From assembly GCF_900232105.1 (NCBI RefSeq), contig NZ_LT934425.1, forward strand, positions 2,940,001 through 2,972,000: 32,000 nucleotides of DNA, given 5' to 3'. The notes under the pieces were generated by a model. That model ran no database searches. It was given only the letters and a program-made list of their open reading frames with translations, and was not told the DNA's origin. The position numbers and the translations under genes are program-made. The stretch is from Candidatus Kuenenia stuttgartensis (GTDB lineage Bacteria > Planctomycetota > Brocadiia > Brocadiales > Brocadiaceae). Positions 1-9,504 of the stretch are shown piece by piece (the stretch's first letter is position 1; every line of letters begins with the position of its first letter).

Positions 1-206
1 TCCACTCCAACAAGAAGGCACCCTCCCCATGTGTTTGCAAACTGAGCTATATCTCTGGCAGTTTCTTTTGCACTATTCGGGTTTTTCAAGGGAATCTCTT
101 TTTTAAAATCCAATATGATAGATTCATGAGTTTTACCGAGTATGATGTATTTCTGAATATCATCCCACGAACGGATAGATAATGGCTTCTGATATTTAAG
201 TTGCAT
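1..206 (-). CDS. Partial CDS (C-terminus beyond window edge), AlbA_2/Schlafen-like putative DNA-binding domain protein
   Basis: Manual translation of the minus strand from ATG at 206: MQLKYQKPLSIRSWDDIQKYIILGKTHESIILDFKKEIPLKNPNSAKETARDIAQFANTWGGCLLVGV; the ES..LDFK...ARDIAQFANTWGG pattern resembles the AlbA_2 domain. Confidence 0.6.
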   Translation of the reverse strand, partial: MQLKYQKPLSIRSWDDIQKYIILGKTHESIILDFKKEIPLKNPNSAKETARDIAQFANTWGGCLLVGV

Positions 207-666
207 GGATCGGTGGCTCCATTTCAAGGTTCCTCTGCATTAATACGAAACTTAAGGGACGTAAGAGACCATTCACCGAAAATCTGTATATATCAATATC
301 TTCATATTTACTAACTATTCCTAAAATATTTTGCAGATATTATAACAAATTTTTAGATAAGTTGAAATCATCGTATGATAAATACGATTACCTAATTTTG
401 ATATTTGAAATCATTTTCTTTCAATCTTTATCTCTGATTATCTGCTTTATATACTTTTATATATCGATCTTCCATACATGATAGCTTCTTATGTACTCTT
501 TCTAAAAGCTGCACGTCTTTTTGTTGTGTAACGAAATATATTCCAGTGCCTTTGGATTTACCACACTCACCTTTTCCCATAATTCTGGTGACAGGGTAGT
601 TTTTTGACTCCTCGTATACCCATAACCTCCGCCATCACGTCTAAACGGTTTCTCTGTAGTTTTAGG

Positions 667-1149
667 TTATTGTTTGTTTTTATGCATTGTACTTAGAATA
701 TTATCTATAAATTTCTTGTCATTACTCGTGTTTACTTTTAACTCTATAAAATGATCAAATTCTACTTTTAAATGCTTTGATAATCCATTTTTGAAAAAAC
801 CGCCTCCAACTATTTGTCCATAGCGCTTAACATCTTTAACCAGTACAACATAATCTTCATCGCTTGTAATAAGAAAGCCAATATCAAAATTCTGGTTAAA
901 TGCATTAATTAACATTTCTCGGGTTAGAGCTATATCAACTCCTTTTTCTCGATCTCCGCGTTTCTTAAAAAGAACAGGTTCAAATCCTAAGCATCTCAAT
1001 TCTGTTTTTAGATTATTACCAATGTCTTCACTTCCTTTATAAGAGGAGAACCAGTAACGTCTAATTGTTATAGTATTAACATAGGGAGTAAACTCATCAC
1101 GTTGAAAAAAATTTGTTACAAATGCTTTTGTATATTTATCAATAATCAC
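667..1149 (-). CDS. NYN-domain (PIN-like) protein, probably 5'-truncated
   Basis: Contains KGVDIALTREMLINAFNQNFDIGFLITSDEDYVVLVKDVKRYGQIV, typical of the C-terminal half of NYN domains. The expected N-terminal strand with the first catalytic Asp is missing; the same frame is open upstream to about 1255 but does not supply it. Confidence 0.6.
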   Translation of the reverse strand: MIIDKYTKAFVTNFFQRDEFTPYVNTITIRRYWFSSYKGSEDIGNNLKTELRCLGFEPVLFKKRGDREKGVDIALTREMLINAFNQNFDIGFLITSDEDYVVLVKDVKRYGQIVGGGFFKNGLSKHLKVEFDHFIELKVNTSNDKKFIDNILSTMHKNKQ

Positions 1150-1321
1150 CTTGGAATATTCCAGAATTGCATTGGTAGGTTTCTCAACACAAGAAGGAAC
1201 CTTAATTTCTTTGCTTAGGGAGCGACCACAAATAACATGGTATTGTATAGTACCAATAGTATCGTTGCAGTGTCTTTGTGTATGTCACGGTAATAGCCGT
1301 TACAACTAGTAAATATAGGCA

Positions 1322-2161
1322 TTGACACCCTCCAGCCATTATGATAACATTAGGATTAAGTGGTATTTTATCCGGCGTATTAATCCTAATGGTGTCATTA
1401 TGCGTTTAGCTAAGTATTCTCATCGCAAGCTCTTGGGACTATTCAGCAGGGATGTCGTTTTAACTCTGGACAGTATCAAAGAAGCTTTGGGAACGACTTC
1501 AAAAGCAACGGTTTTCAGGAAGCTAAAATCGCTCGGACATCGTGCGAGTTATTCCCATGCGGGCAAATACCATACACTGGATACACTTGCAAGCTATAAT
1601 AAATATGGCATTTGGAGTTTCAATCAAATATATTTTTCTCAACAAGGAAGTCTTGTAGATACTCTCGAGGCCATCATTAATAAATCCCAGGAAGGTTATT
1701 TTGCCTCGGAGCTTCAAACGCTGGTACATGTGCGAGTCTTTAATGCACTGACTCAATTAGTGGTATCTGGAAGGGTCTTGCGCGAGCAGATTGCCGGAGA
1801 ATATTTGTATATCTCCAAGGTGTTAGGTACGGATCAACTCGCCAGACGTAAACAGTCAATCATGTTGTGTGCTTGTAAGGAAGAAAAGGTATTAATTCCC
1901 GGCTTTGGGAGTGAAGTGGTTACGGATTGCCTGCAGACATTTCTTTCCATACTTGATGAAAGGCAGAAACGGCTTTATCTTGGTTTAGAATCAATGAAAC
2001 TGGGACATGGCGGCGATTTAAGACTTTCACAGCTAACCGGCATAAATGTAAAAACAATTGCCAAGGGGCGTCGGGAACTTTCGAGTAAGAACATTACACC
2101 GGGACGGATACGTAAGGTTGGTGCAGGTCGTTCTTCGATTAAAAAAAAACTGATGTGGTAA
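1322..2161 (+). CDS. N-terminal part of an ISAzo13-type transposase reading frame, with an upstream winged-HTH-like region
   Basis: ORF of 279 aa; C-terminal part FLSILDERQKRLYLGLESMKLGHGGDLRLSQLTGINVKTIAKGRREL...VGAGRSS matches the N-terminal pattern of ISAzo13/Rhodopirellula-type transposases and runs to the junction with the next ORF. Confidence 0.6.
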   Translation: MTPSSHYDNIRIKWYFIRRINPNGVIMRLAKYSHRKLLGLFSRDVVLTLDSIKEALGTTSKATVFRKLKSLGHRASYSHAGKYHTLDTLASYNKYGIWSFNQIYFSQQGSLVDTLEAIINKSQEGYFASELQTLVHVRVFNALTQLVVSGRVLREQIAGEYLYISKVLGTDQLARRKQSIMLCACKEEKVLIPGFGSEVVTDCLQTFLSILDERQKRLYLGLESMKLGHGGDLRLSQLTGINVKTIAKGRRELSSKNITPGRIRKVGAGRSSIKKKLMW

Positions 2162-2823
2162 AACTTCTTGAAGAATTGATGGAGGGCGATACTGCAGGAG
2201 ACCCAATGGGTAAAGGAAAAATATGGACGAGAAGAAGCACACGTACTCTAAAAAAAGAATGCGGTGATAGAGGTGTAAGCGTATGTGCAACAACAGTTAG
2301 CAGGCTTCTTAAGGACATGGATTATTCTCTGAGAGTAAATCGCAAAACGATAGCAGAGACACGTCATCCGGACCGTAATAGACAGTTTGAAATTATTAAT
2401 GAGACAAAAAAGTATTTTGAAGATTCTGGTCAGCCAATAATCAGTGTTGACAGTAAGAAAAAGGAATTGATAGGTAATTTCAGAAATGAGGGCAAGGCGT
2501 GGACAAAAATAGTAAATGAAGTTTTGGCCCATGATTTTCGTTCTCAGGCAATTGGTGTTGGATGTCCGTTTGGTATCTATGAATTGCTGACTAATTTAGG
2601 GACAGTTATTGTTGGTACGTCCTATGACACACCGGAATTTGCAGTCGAGTCAATTAAGATTTGGCTGGATGAATTTGGTTGGAAGAGGTATCCATGCGCA
2701 AAAGAACTCCTTATTCTTTGTGACGCAGGAGGGAGCAACGGATTTCGTCCCCGGTTGTGGAAATATGCGCTTTATCAAAATATTTGTAAAGTTTACGGAC
2801 TCTCCATCAGGATTTGCCACTAG
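2155..2823 (+). CDS. ISAzo13-family (Rhodopirellula-type) DDE transposase, -1 frame relative to the preceding ORF, C-terminus missing
   Basis: GDPMGKGKIWTRRSTRTLKKE...SVDSKKKELIGNF...LLILCDAGGSNGFRPRLWK...IRICH; ends exactly where the family continues with (F/Y)PPGTSKWNKIEHR. Confidence 0.8.
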   Translation: MVKLLEELMEGDTAGDPMGKGKIWTRRSTRTLKKECGDRGVSVCATTVSRLLKDMDYSLRVNRKTIAETRHPDRNRQFEIINETKKYFEDSGQPIISVDSKKKELIGNFRNEGKAWTKIVNEVLAHDFRSQAIGVGCPFGIYELLTNLGTVIVGTSYDTPEFAVESIKIWLDEFGWKRYPCAKELLILCDAGGSNGFRPRLWKYALYQNICKVYGLSIRICH

Positions 2824-2829
2824 CTGGTA

Positions 2830-2854
2830 GGTTGGAGGCCATTAGCCTCCAACC
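2830..2854. repeat. Perfect 10-bp inverted repeat (GGTTGGAGGC-CATTA-GCCTCCAACC)
   Basis: Read directly; lies between the truncated transposase and the retroelement. Confidence 0.85.
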
Positions 2855-2969
2855 CCCACTCGTCGCCAGATACTTTGGACAACGTGACAAAGCATCCTTT
2901 TTAAACCATACGTCTTTCTCGTAGTTAGCGACCCCGACGTGTTGCTCTATAACAGAGAAAAGTCAAACA

Positions 2970-4160
2970 TCATGCTTTAGCACACGCCTTAAGAAATTCT
3001 CTTTCGAATGAGAGTAACCCCATTTTAAAGAATCGGTGAACAGGGAAACGCTTGTTGTCTGTTCTCCATTTTCTTGAGAACTTGAAACATCTCAGTCTCA
3101 TGCGTACCCAACAGTCTAATGAGCGATATACCTTTTGTACATTGCCCAGCCGAAAATAGTTGACATGCCCACGAATTACGGGGTTTAATGTATCAACGAT
3201 GGCTTGCAGATTGACGCCCTGTGTACGTCTGGTGATGTCTCTGATGTTGTTCCTTCGGCAGGCTCAGGACAGGCTCTTGAGTTTGTTCAGTGATTTCGTG
3301 CTTATACCCTTATACTTGCCCTTGGAATCGTATCCGAGAAACCTGAAACCTCTTTCGAAGTTGGTGAGCTTGGTTTTATCCTCGCTCAGCTTCATTCCAA
3401 GTTTCCCTGCAATGATTTCTTTGACATAGCTGAGGGCGGCTGGGAGTTCATCTTTTGTTTTAGTCATGACAACGAAATCATCGGCGTATCGGACAAACTT
3501 ATATCCAGCCTTTTCAAGTTCCTTGTCGATGATGTCACCGATAAGGTTTGCAAGCAAAGGGGAAATGACGCCTCCTTGCGGAGTGCCTTTGTTTGTCTCG
3601 TGCACGATGCCGTCCTCCATGACCCCTGCCTTGAGCATGTTCTCAATACTGTTCAAAACCCATCCATCAGCAATTTTCTCACGTAAGGAGTCCATAATAA
3701 GCTTATGGGGTATGGTGTCATAGAATGCCATTATATCGGCATCAAGGACGCTGGTATACCCTTCCTGCTTATACTGTTCAAGCCGTTTGATAGCATCGTG
3801 ACAGCATCTGTCAGGGCGAAATCCAAAGCTGTTATCTGAGAATCCTTTCTCAAATATTGGCTCTATGATTTGCCTGAACGCCTGCTGTACAATCCTGTCC
3901 TTAACAATGGGAATGCCAAGAGGTCTCTTGTCATGCCTGCCTTTGGGGATGTATACCCGCAGGACAGGCGCAGGGTTGTATATGGCAGTCTTGAGTTCCT
4001 GATGGATACTCATGATATTCACATCAAGATTGGACTCAAATTGCTTAATACTTACCCTGTCAAGACCAGCTTTGCCTTTATTCTTCTTTACGTGTTTGAA
4101 AGCAGCATAAAGGTTTTTCAGACTAAACACCTTGTCTCTTAATGAATGATACTTAAGCAT
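2970..4160 (-). pseudogene. ltrA-like: Group II intron-type reverse transcriptase/maturase, interrupted by an in-frame TGA at 3264-3266
   Basis: RT motifs (LGIPIVKDRIVQQAFRQIIEPIFE, SFGFRP, GTPQGGVISPLLANL, YADDFVV). Reading through the TGA stays in frame into NNIRDITRRTQGVNLQAIVDTLNPVIRGHVNYFRLGNVQKVYRSLDCWVRMRLRCFKFSRKWRTDNKRFP...LKACAKA*, i.e. maturase domain X. Confidence 0.85.
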
Positions 4161-4792
4161 CTCTCGATATATTCCTTTCGATTGATTACGGATAATAGAC
4201 TTGTCAATCGTGTTTCCTGGGTACGGATTCTCCCAAACATAGGCAAAAACAAGAGAGGCTCTTGTTACTGCTTACCTACGCAAAAGAGTTTCTTTTCTCA
4301 TTGAACGTATTCAATCTGCCACTTTCATCAATTCCACTACGGTTATGCCCCTTTCATTTCCGATTCACACCGGAAACTATTATGAGCAATGCTGACGACT
4401 TCAAAGATAGACTTGTGAGAGAAGCTTGTCTATCACCATCTCATACAGCTCGGACTTCGGAATTTCCTTATACCTTGCTGTTAGGGAATTTTGCCCAAGA
4501 CGTAAGTCCTCCCCCGGTCATATGGATTACCCCTTTTCCCTTCGTGATGTATGTTCAAACGCATTAACCAGAGATGGTTTTACTTAATCTGTTTATCCAT
4601 CTCCAACAAAGGACATTGTCAGTGCTTCGCTGAGAAATGGCAGTTGGCACGGAATAACACGCCACACTCATACACCCCAAAAGGTCGTCTGTACCTCGTA
4701 ACTCCGTCATACCCCTCACGGGTATATGCTATCTTTCTACGCATACGGATTGCTCCATTGTGTGCGCATAGGCACAAACTTCTCTACGAGGA

Positions 4793-6523
4793 TTAGGCTC
4801 GCAGAGGTGGTATTTTCAACCACTCAGGTATTCCATACTTCAAGGCACTCATTAACTCAACGGTGAGTTCCGAAGGGAATGCTAGTTCGCGGTACTCAGC
4901 ATAAATTTTTTCCGTTTGGCAGCGATCAGGTATTTCTAAAATTGGAGTAGCTAATTTATTTGCATCGGCATTGTTCTGTGATGCTGCAGCGTGGATATCC
5001 ATATTATCAAAGAAGTAGTATTCTCCCGGATTTATTACTTCAAATTCACAATTACTTGTTTCTTTAGGATTGGTTTCAAGTTTTAAGCCATATACATAAA
5101 GATCTCCATCCATGTGAAGATAATGATTTTTCAGGTACTCCCGGACGTGTTTAGGCAAATTGTTTTGCCGTGCATCGTATATCATAAAACGAGCGCCGGA
5201 ATTGCGATAATCTGAAATAATCTGTTCGGAGAAATATTTTTTATAGATTTCCATTTGTGCCAGGCCATTTTGGAAAAAATAGGTTGCCGGTTCTAAAAAC
5301 ATAGCGCCACCTGCATTATCAATAAAACGGTCATTGTCTGATGATATTTTTTCGAGTTTATCGAGTAATTTCAACTGATGCGTATTATTGGATTTTCCAG
5401 TAGTAAAAATTACCTGGTTATATATTACAAACAACATGCCCAGGCAAAAGATACTGCTTACGGCTATGTTTTTATACAAAGACAATTTTTGAGACAGACA
5501 ATACATTCCCCGCAAGCTGCAAATGCCTAAAATAAAACAGGGGAAAACAAAGTTATAGGGATATTGGGCTTTTATCAGAAAAACAGAAATAATAGTGGAG
5601 AAACAAACAACAGACCAGAGCAGGTCTCGCTGATCTATCAAAAAATATACCGCTAAAAAGATAAGCACAAGCGTGGAAATCTTTGTCTGGTCTAAATAAT
5701 TGTGAAGATAGGCTGAGAAATGTATTGCAGGGTATACTTGTTCGTGTTTTATGGCGTCAAAGAAGGTTAATTGAATCATTTTTGGCAACAGTCCAAAACA
5801 CGCGCATAGAATGAGCATAATTCCAACAACTGAAACAAACCCGATAATAAGTGTTTTTGGATACGGCAAATGACAAGGCGAGTGTTCCTTCCGGAGATAT
5901 CTTACATTCAGGTTGTTGATAAAAAGGATTATTAACGCAATGCCTCCATAGTAAACAAATTTCTGAGACATAAAGATCGCTATTCCAAACAAAATACCCG
6001 ATAAGGCGGCGAGTGATCTTCGTTTCAATTGCCTGTTTGCGTCAATACAAAGTATTGAGATGGTTAAAAAAACTGCGCCGAAACAGTCTGTCCTATAATC
6101 TATGGATGAAAGAAGTCCAAATCCAACACTAAGCGGCACAATAGTGCCCAGCGAAGCATAAGAATATCTTTTAGTTACATGGTAAAAATAGAAAAACAGT
6201 GAAACAGAAAGCAACACCAAATAAGAAAATGATATTTTTCGTAAAAGAAGCGCCTTTTCCTGAAAATTGCCGTTATTAAGCTTTAGTATAAGGGAGTGTA
6301 AAAAATGACTAAATGGGGGATGATGTTCATAAAAATCGACATATGGTAATTTTCCCTGTGAAACAAGATGAGTCATGCAGCCATATTGATATTCATCAAT
6401 GGTAAAATAACGTGTTTGGCCAAACCAATAAACATAGCAGATAAACAGGAAAGAGCTTATTGATAACAGGATGATTAATATCAATTGAAACTGCTTTTCA
6501 CTTCGACCACTTAATTTATTCAT
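4793..6523 (-). CDS. Integral membrane glycosyltransferase-like protein (GT39/ArnT-like)
   Basis: 576 aa, many hydrophobic helices; TIDEYQYGCMTHLVSQGKLPYVDFYEHHPP resembles the acidic motif loop of GT39/GT83 family proteins. Confidence 0.6.
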   Translation of the reverse strand: MNKLSGRSEKQFQLILIILLSISSFLFICYVYWFGQTRYFTIDEYQYGCMTHLVSQGKLPYVDFYEHHPPFSHFLHSLILKLNNGNFQEKALLLRKISFSYLVLLSVSLFFYFYHVTKRYSYASLGTIVPLSVGFGLLSSIDYRTDCFGAVFLTISILCIDANRQLKRRSLAALSGILFGIAIFMSQKFVYYGGIALIILFINNLNVRYLRKEHSPCHLPYPKTLIIGFVSVVGIMLILCACFGLLPKMIQLTFFDAIKHEQVYPAIHFSAYLHNYLDQTKISTLVLIFLAVYFLIDQRDLLWSVVCFSTIISVFLIKAQYPYNFVFPCFILGICSLRGMYCLSQKLSLYKNIAVSSIFCLGMLFVIYNQVIFTTGKSNNTHQLKLLDKLEKISSDNDRFIDNAGGAMFLEPATYFFQNGLAQMEIYKKYFSEQIISDYRNSGARFMIYDARQNNLPKHVREYLKNHYLHMDGDLYVYGLKLETNPKETSNCEFEVINPGEYYFFDNMDIHAAASQNNADANKLATPILEIPDRCQTEKIYAEYRELAFPSELTVELMSALKYGIPEWLKIPPLRA

Positions 6524-7013
6524 TTAACCTTCCCATTTTAGCCGCCGTTACATCTTGAATAGTGAATTAGCTTTTCTAAATATTTTTTTTGTTTATGGTT
6601 CTTTGCTTAACTTCAACTTCAGGAGTTCTGAAGGTATTTCTCGTTTTCAACGAGAAATGATTTGAACCAACCATGAAACAAATGCTCGCTACGTATATGC
6701 CTAATGTTAAACCATCGTGTCTAGGTAACTCCCAGCTACTGTATGGATTTTAAAATATTCATGGACAATAAATGGTAGTGATTGCCCATGTGTAAATAAG
6801 TAAAGATGTCAACTGAAAATCTTGAAGACATTTCTCCATGTATTTCCCTAAACGCACTTATTAGCTTTATCCTCCCGGAAGATCACTTTTCGCTCATTTC
6901 TTGGCGATAGGACAGGATAAAAAGCACCTAAATATTCAATGCACAATGGCCTTGTCATGGCAGGGCATTATAATATGCCTCAAGATGTGACACCATTTTC
7001 CTCTTTTTCTTGT

Positions 7014-8999
7014 TCATTCAATCCATTCTGCTGGAATCAACTTTTTCCCATTTCGCCATTCCTCGACTTCATGGACACCTTCAATCCCACCATATATACT
7101 ATTGTCTGCATGATCAAGAATGATGCTTTGCCATGCGCCTTCTTTATCTAAAACCGATTTGGCGAGAGTTTTGAACATGCTCTTTACTGCGGCAACATCT
7201 TCATCACCCTCATATTTAGGATCATTTTCCACATTCTCAACACCTCTCTTTACTTTGGGGAAATATACCTGGCTGGGTTGATCAAAAATTACGAAACTAG
7301 GAACACACGATGTCGCTTGCTCCAAAAAATATTCTTGCAAAGAACACATTAAAGCAATATGAAAAGACACCCAGTTTGAAGCACTACCAACTTCAGCAAG
7401 AAAATGCCAATGACCATCATCACTCAGTACTGAAATATTTAAATCTTTAACACTAAATTTAGGGGCAATCTTTCGATACTTATCCTCTACATCCAAAGAC
7501 TTTAAATGGTTAAGAATCCCCTGAGAGATGTGGGCCGTTGCGTTGTCAATACGTCGTTGTACACCTTTGGGGTCGACCAAATTTATCAGACCTTTATATT
7601 CCTCTTGCAAGATGGATATATCTTTTTGAAACTCACCACCATCTGCAAGACTTTCAAATGTTTCCATAGATGCTTTTAAATGTCCAAGAAATAGAAACAT
7701 ATTTTTCCTGCGCTGAAATTCTTCCTGCGCTTTTTTATCCCGTGCCATCAACAAATCAAATCGTTTCTGATGCTTTTTCATTTGATCTAAAAGGTTCTTC
7801 AATTCAAATTCGATTCGCACTTCTTCTCTTGCAAATGAAGTAGGCACTGCCGCTACGCTTTTTGCTTCATCTTCATACTTCTTGAATGCAGAGGAAATCC
7901 TAAAAAATTCAGAGGTGCTATTGGGGTGTTCAGAACTCCCGCAGGCGAGACATCCCTGCGATTCTGATACTATATTTTCCAACCATTGTGAAATATGTAA
8001 TCTATCGACCCTCTTTCGCACAGAATTCCCATAATCGAGCAAGCTAGATTTTAAGCGTTGAACATCATTAAGTCTTTTTTTGGAAACACCAATCTCTGCA
8101 CTTATCCGTTCCTCTTCAAGTTCCAATTCTAAGACTTCTTTATTCGCCTTTTCGATATTTTCAAATTTTGTCTGCGAATGTTCAGGAATATGCTCAAAGA
8201 TACGTTTTGCCGCCGCTAACAAGTCTTCTGGGCTAGTCGCATCTGAAACATCTTCTTCCAGTATTCCATATTCCTTTGCTACTTTTATATGACCAAGCAT
8301 ATTAGCCATCCAGGAAGCAGATATTGCCTTAGATTTTTCAAACTCTCTCCTCAATTGGTTGAGCCGCTTTTCGACAATCTGAAGACGTTGTCTTGCCGTT
8401 AAAATTTCAATATTCTCTGCACCCAAGATGAAAGGAAACCAATTCCGCAACCGTTCCCGATGTTCATGTGCATGAGTTTTATAAAACAGTATGTTTTGAT
8501 TGGCCACAATGTCCTGGTTTTGAAAAACCAATGCCATCAGATCTCGAAACCCTAATCGAGCTTGATAAGCTCTTTCCCCATCCCCACCATCCAAGGGAAG
8601 ATAGGGCACAGATGAAATGGTGTTCAAAATATGCTTTACTCCGTCAGTGTTTTCGTTTGCCTTTTTGATTGCAGGAGGAATGCTTACTATGGATCCACGC
8701 AAAAGATAAAAATCATTTGAAACTTTATTGCCAAGAGGGATTTTTCGGGAAATCAGAATTTGTTCTGTTTCTGTTTGGAAAACAACCCCATACCAAGATG
8801 CATAATTACGAATAGTATCTATAGGTATAAAACAATCACTTGAAGCTAAACAATAATCAATAATTGGAATAATCGCAGATTTCCCTGTACGTGACGCCCC
8901 TGTTATGACGTTCACTTTTCCCGGTTTAAAGTCTACAATTCTTGGCGGAAATTCATCAGACCTTGGCCAAACGATTAATTTTAATAGTTGAAATTTCAT
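7014..8999 (-). CDS. DUF3732-type SMC/ABC-like ATPase, probable ATPase component of an ABC-three-component system
   Basis: Walker A VITGASRTGKSAI, hook-like CLACG in the coiled-coil centre, signature-like VGSASNWVSFHIA and Walker B-like PSFVIFDQPSQVYFP. Confidence 0.8.
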   Translation of the reverse strand: MKFQLLKLIVWPRSDEFPPRIVDFKPGKVNVITGASRTGKSAIIPIIDYCLASSDCFIPIDTIRNYASWYGVVFQTETEQILISRKIPLGNKVSNDFYLLRGSIVSIPPAIKKANENTDGVKHILNTISSVPYLPLDGGDGERAYQARLGFRDLMALVFQNQDIVANQNILFYKTHAHEHRERLRNWFPFILGAENIEILTARQRLQIVEKRLNQLRREFEKSKAISASWMANMLGHIKVAKEYGILEEDVSDATSPEDLLAAAKRIFEHIPEHSQTKFENIEKANKEVLELELEEERISAEIGVSKKRLNDVQRLKSSLLDYGNSVRKRVDRLHISQWLENIVSESQGCLACGSSEHPNSTSEFFRISSAFKKYEDEAKSVAAVPTSFAREEVRIEFELKNLLDQMKKHQKRFDLLMARDKKAQEEFQRRKNMFLFLGHLKASMETFESLADGGEFQKDISILQEEYKGLINLVDPKGVQRRIDNATAHISQGILNHLKSLDVEDKYRKIAPKFSVKDLNISVLSDDGHWHFLAEVGSASNWVSFHIALMCSLQEYFLEQATSCVPSFVIFDQPSQVYFPKVKRGVENVENDPKYEGDEDVAAVKSMFKTLAKSVLDKEGAWQSIILDHADNSIYGGIEGVHEVEEWRNGKKLIPAEWIE

Positions 9000-9502
9000 C
9001 AGAATACCACCTTAAGATAAGCTGCAATAGTAGGCAGGTCGTGTTTAGAAAACCACTTCCCAAGAATCTCAGCCTTATTCCCATCATCCCTGATTTGCCC
9101 TTTCAAAGTTTTTTTGCGACCAGGGAGTTGTGTTAAATTGCGAGGATACAATTTGCCACTATCAGCATCCCAGACCATTAATCCTTCAGCAATAGCAATA
9201 TCAATTGCCGCCAAGGTATACTCACGCTTCTCTCTTGCCCGCTCCTGTATGGTTAACAATATGTCTGAGTCTTTTGAGACTTCAAAGCTACGAGCAAATG
9301 ATTGTAGATCGTTTCTTTTATTGCTTATTGGTTTAAGAAGTGTCTTATTCGTCAGTATGGCACTAGCCACAAAATGTAACAGCCCAATTGGAGCATCCCC
9401 GTGCGGATGTCCATTGCAGTATCCTTGAGTAAACCTCCAAAGCAAATAGGCACCTACCAGAGGAGTGTTCCAGAGTTTTACTTCCTCCACTAATTGTCCC
9501 AT
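8999..9502 (-). CDS. Small middle component of the ABC-three-component system
   Basis: MGQLVEEVKLWNTPLVGAYLLWRFTQGYCNGHPHGDAPIGLLHFVASAILTN...; likely start at 9502 (not 9541) because AGGAGG lies just upstream; sits between the ATPase and the large component. Confidence 0.7.
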   Translation of the reverse strand: MGQLVEEVKLWNTPLVGAYLLWRFTQGYCNGHPHGDAPIGLLHFVASAILTNKTLLKPISNKRNDLQSFARSFEVSKDSDILLTIQERAREKREYTLAAIDIAIAEGLMVWDADSGKLYPRNLTQLPGRKKTLKGQIRDDGNKAEILGKWFSKHDLPTIAAYLKVVF

Positions 9503-9504
9503 AA

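Larger units (their letters stand above)
1322..2823 (+). mobile_element. Remnant of an ISAzo13-family insertion sequence
   Basis: Two overlapping frames of one transposase; no C-terminal end found; terminal inverted repeats not identified. Confidence 0.6.
2822..4790 (-). mobile_element. Probable group II intron/retroelement region, boundaries unresolved
   Basis: About 630 nt of non-coding sequence upstream of the RT and about 140 nt downstream, as expected for intron RNA domains; no confident domain V found by eye. Confidence 0.45.

Noticed and set aside
2822-2970. Group II intron domain V
   Set aside because: GAGAAAG...GTATGGTTT near 2900-2930 (minus strand) is vaguely similar, but I could not fold a convincing 34-nt domain V with the catalytic triad, so intron boundaries are not claimed.
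3160-3723. Plus-strand ORFs over the RT gene (3160-3429, 3466-3723, 3870-4142)
   Set aside because: Opposite strand of the RT/maturase, whose conserved motifs define the real frame.
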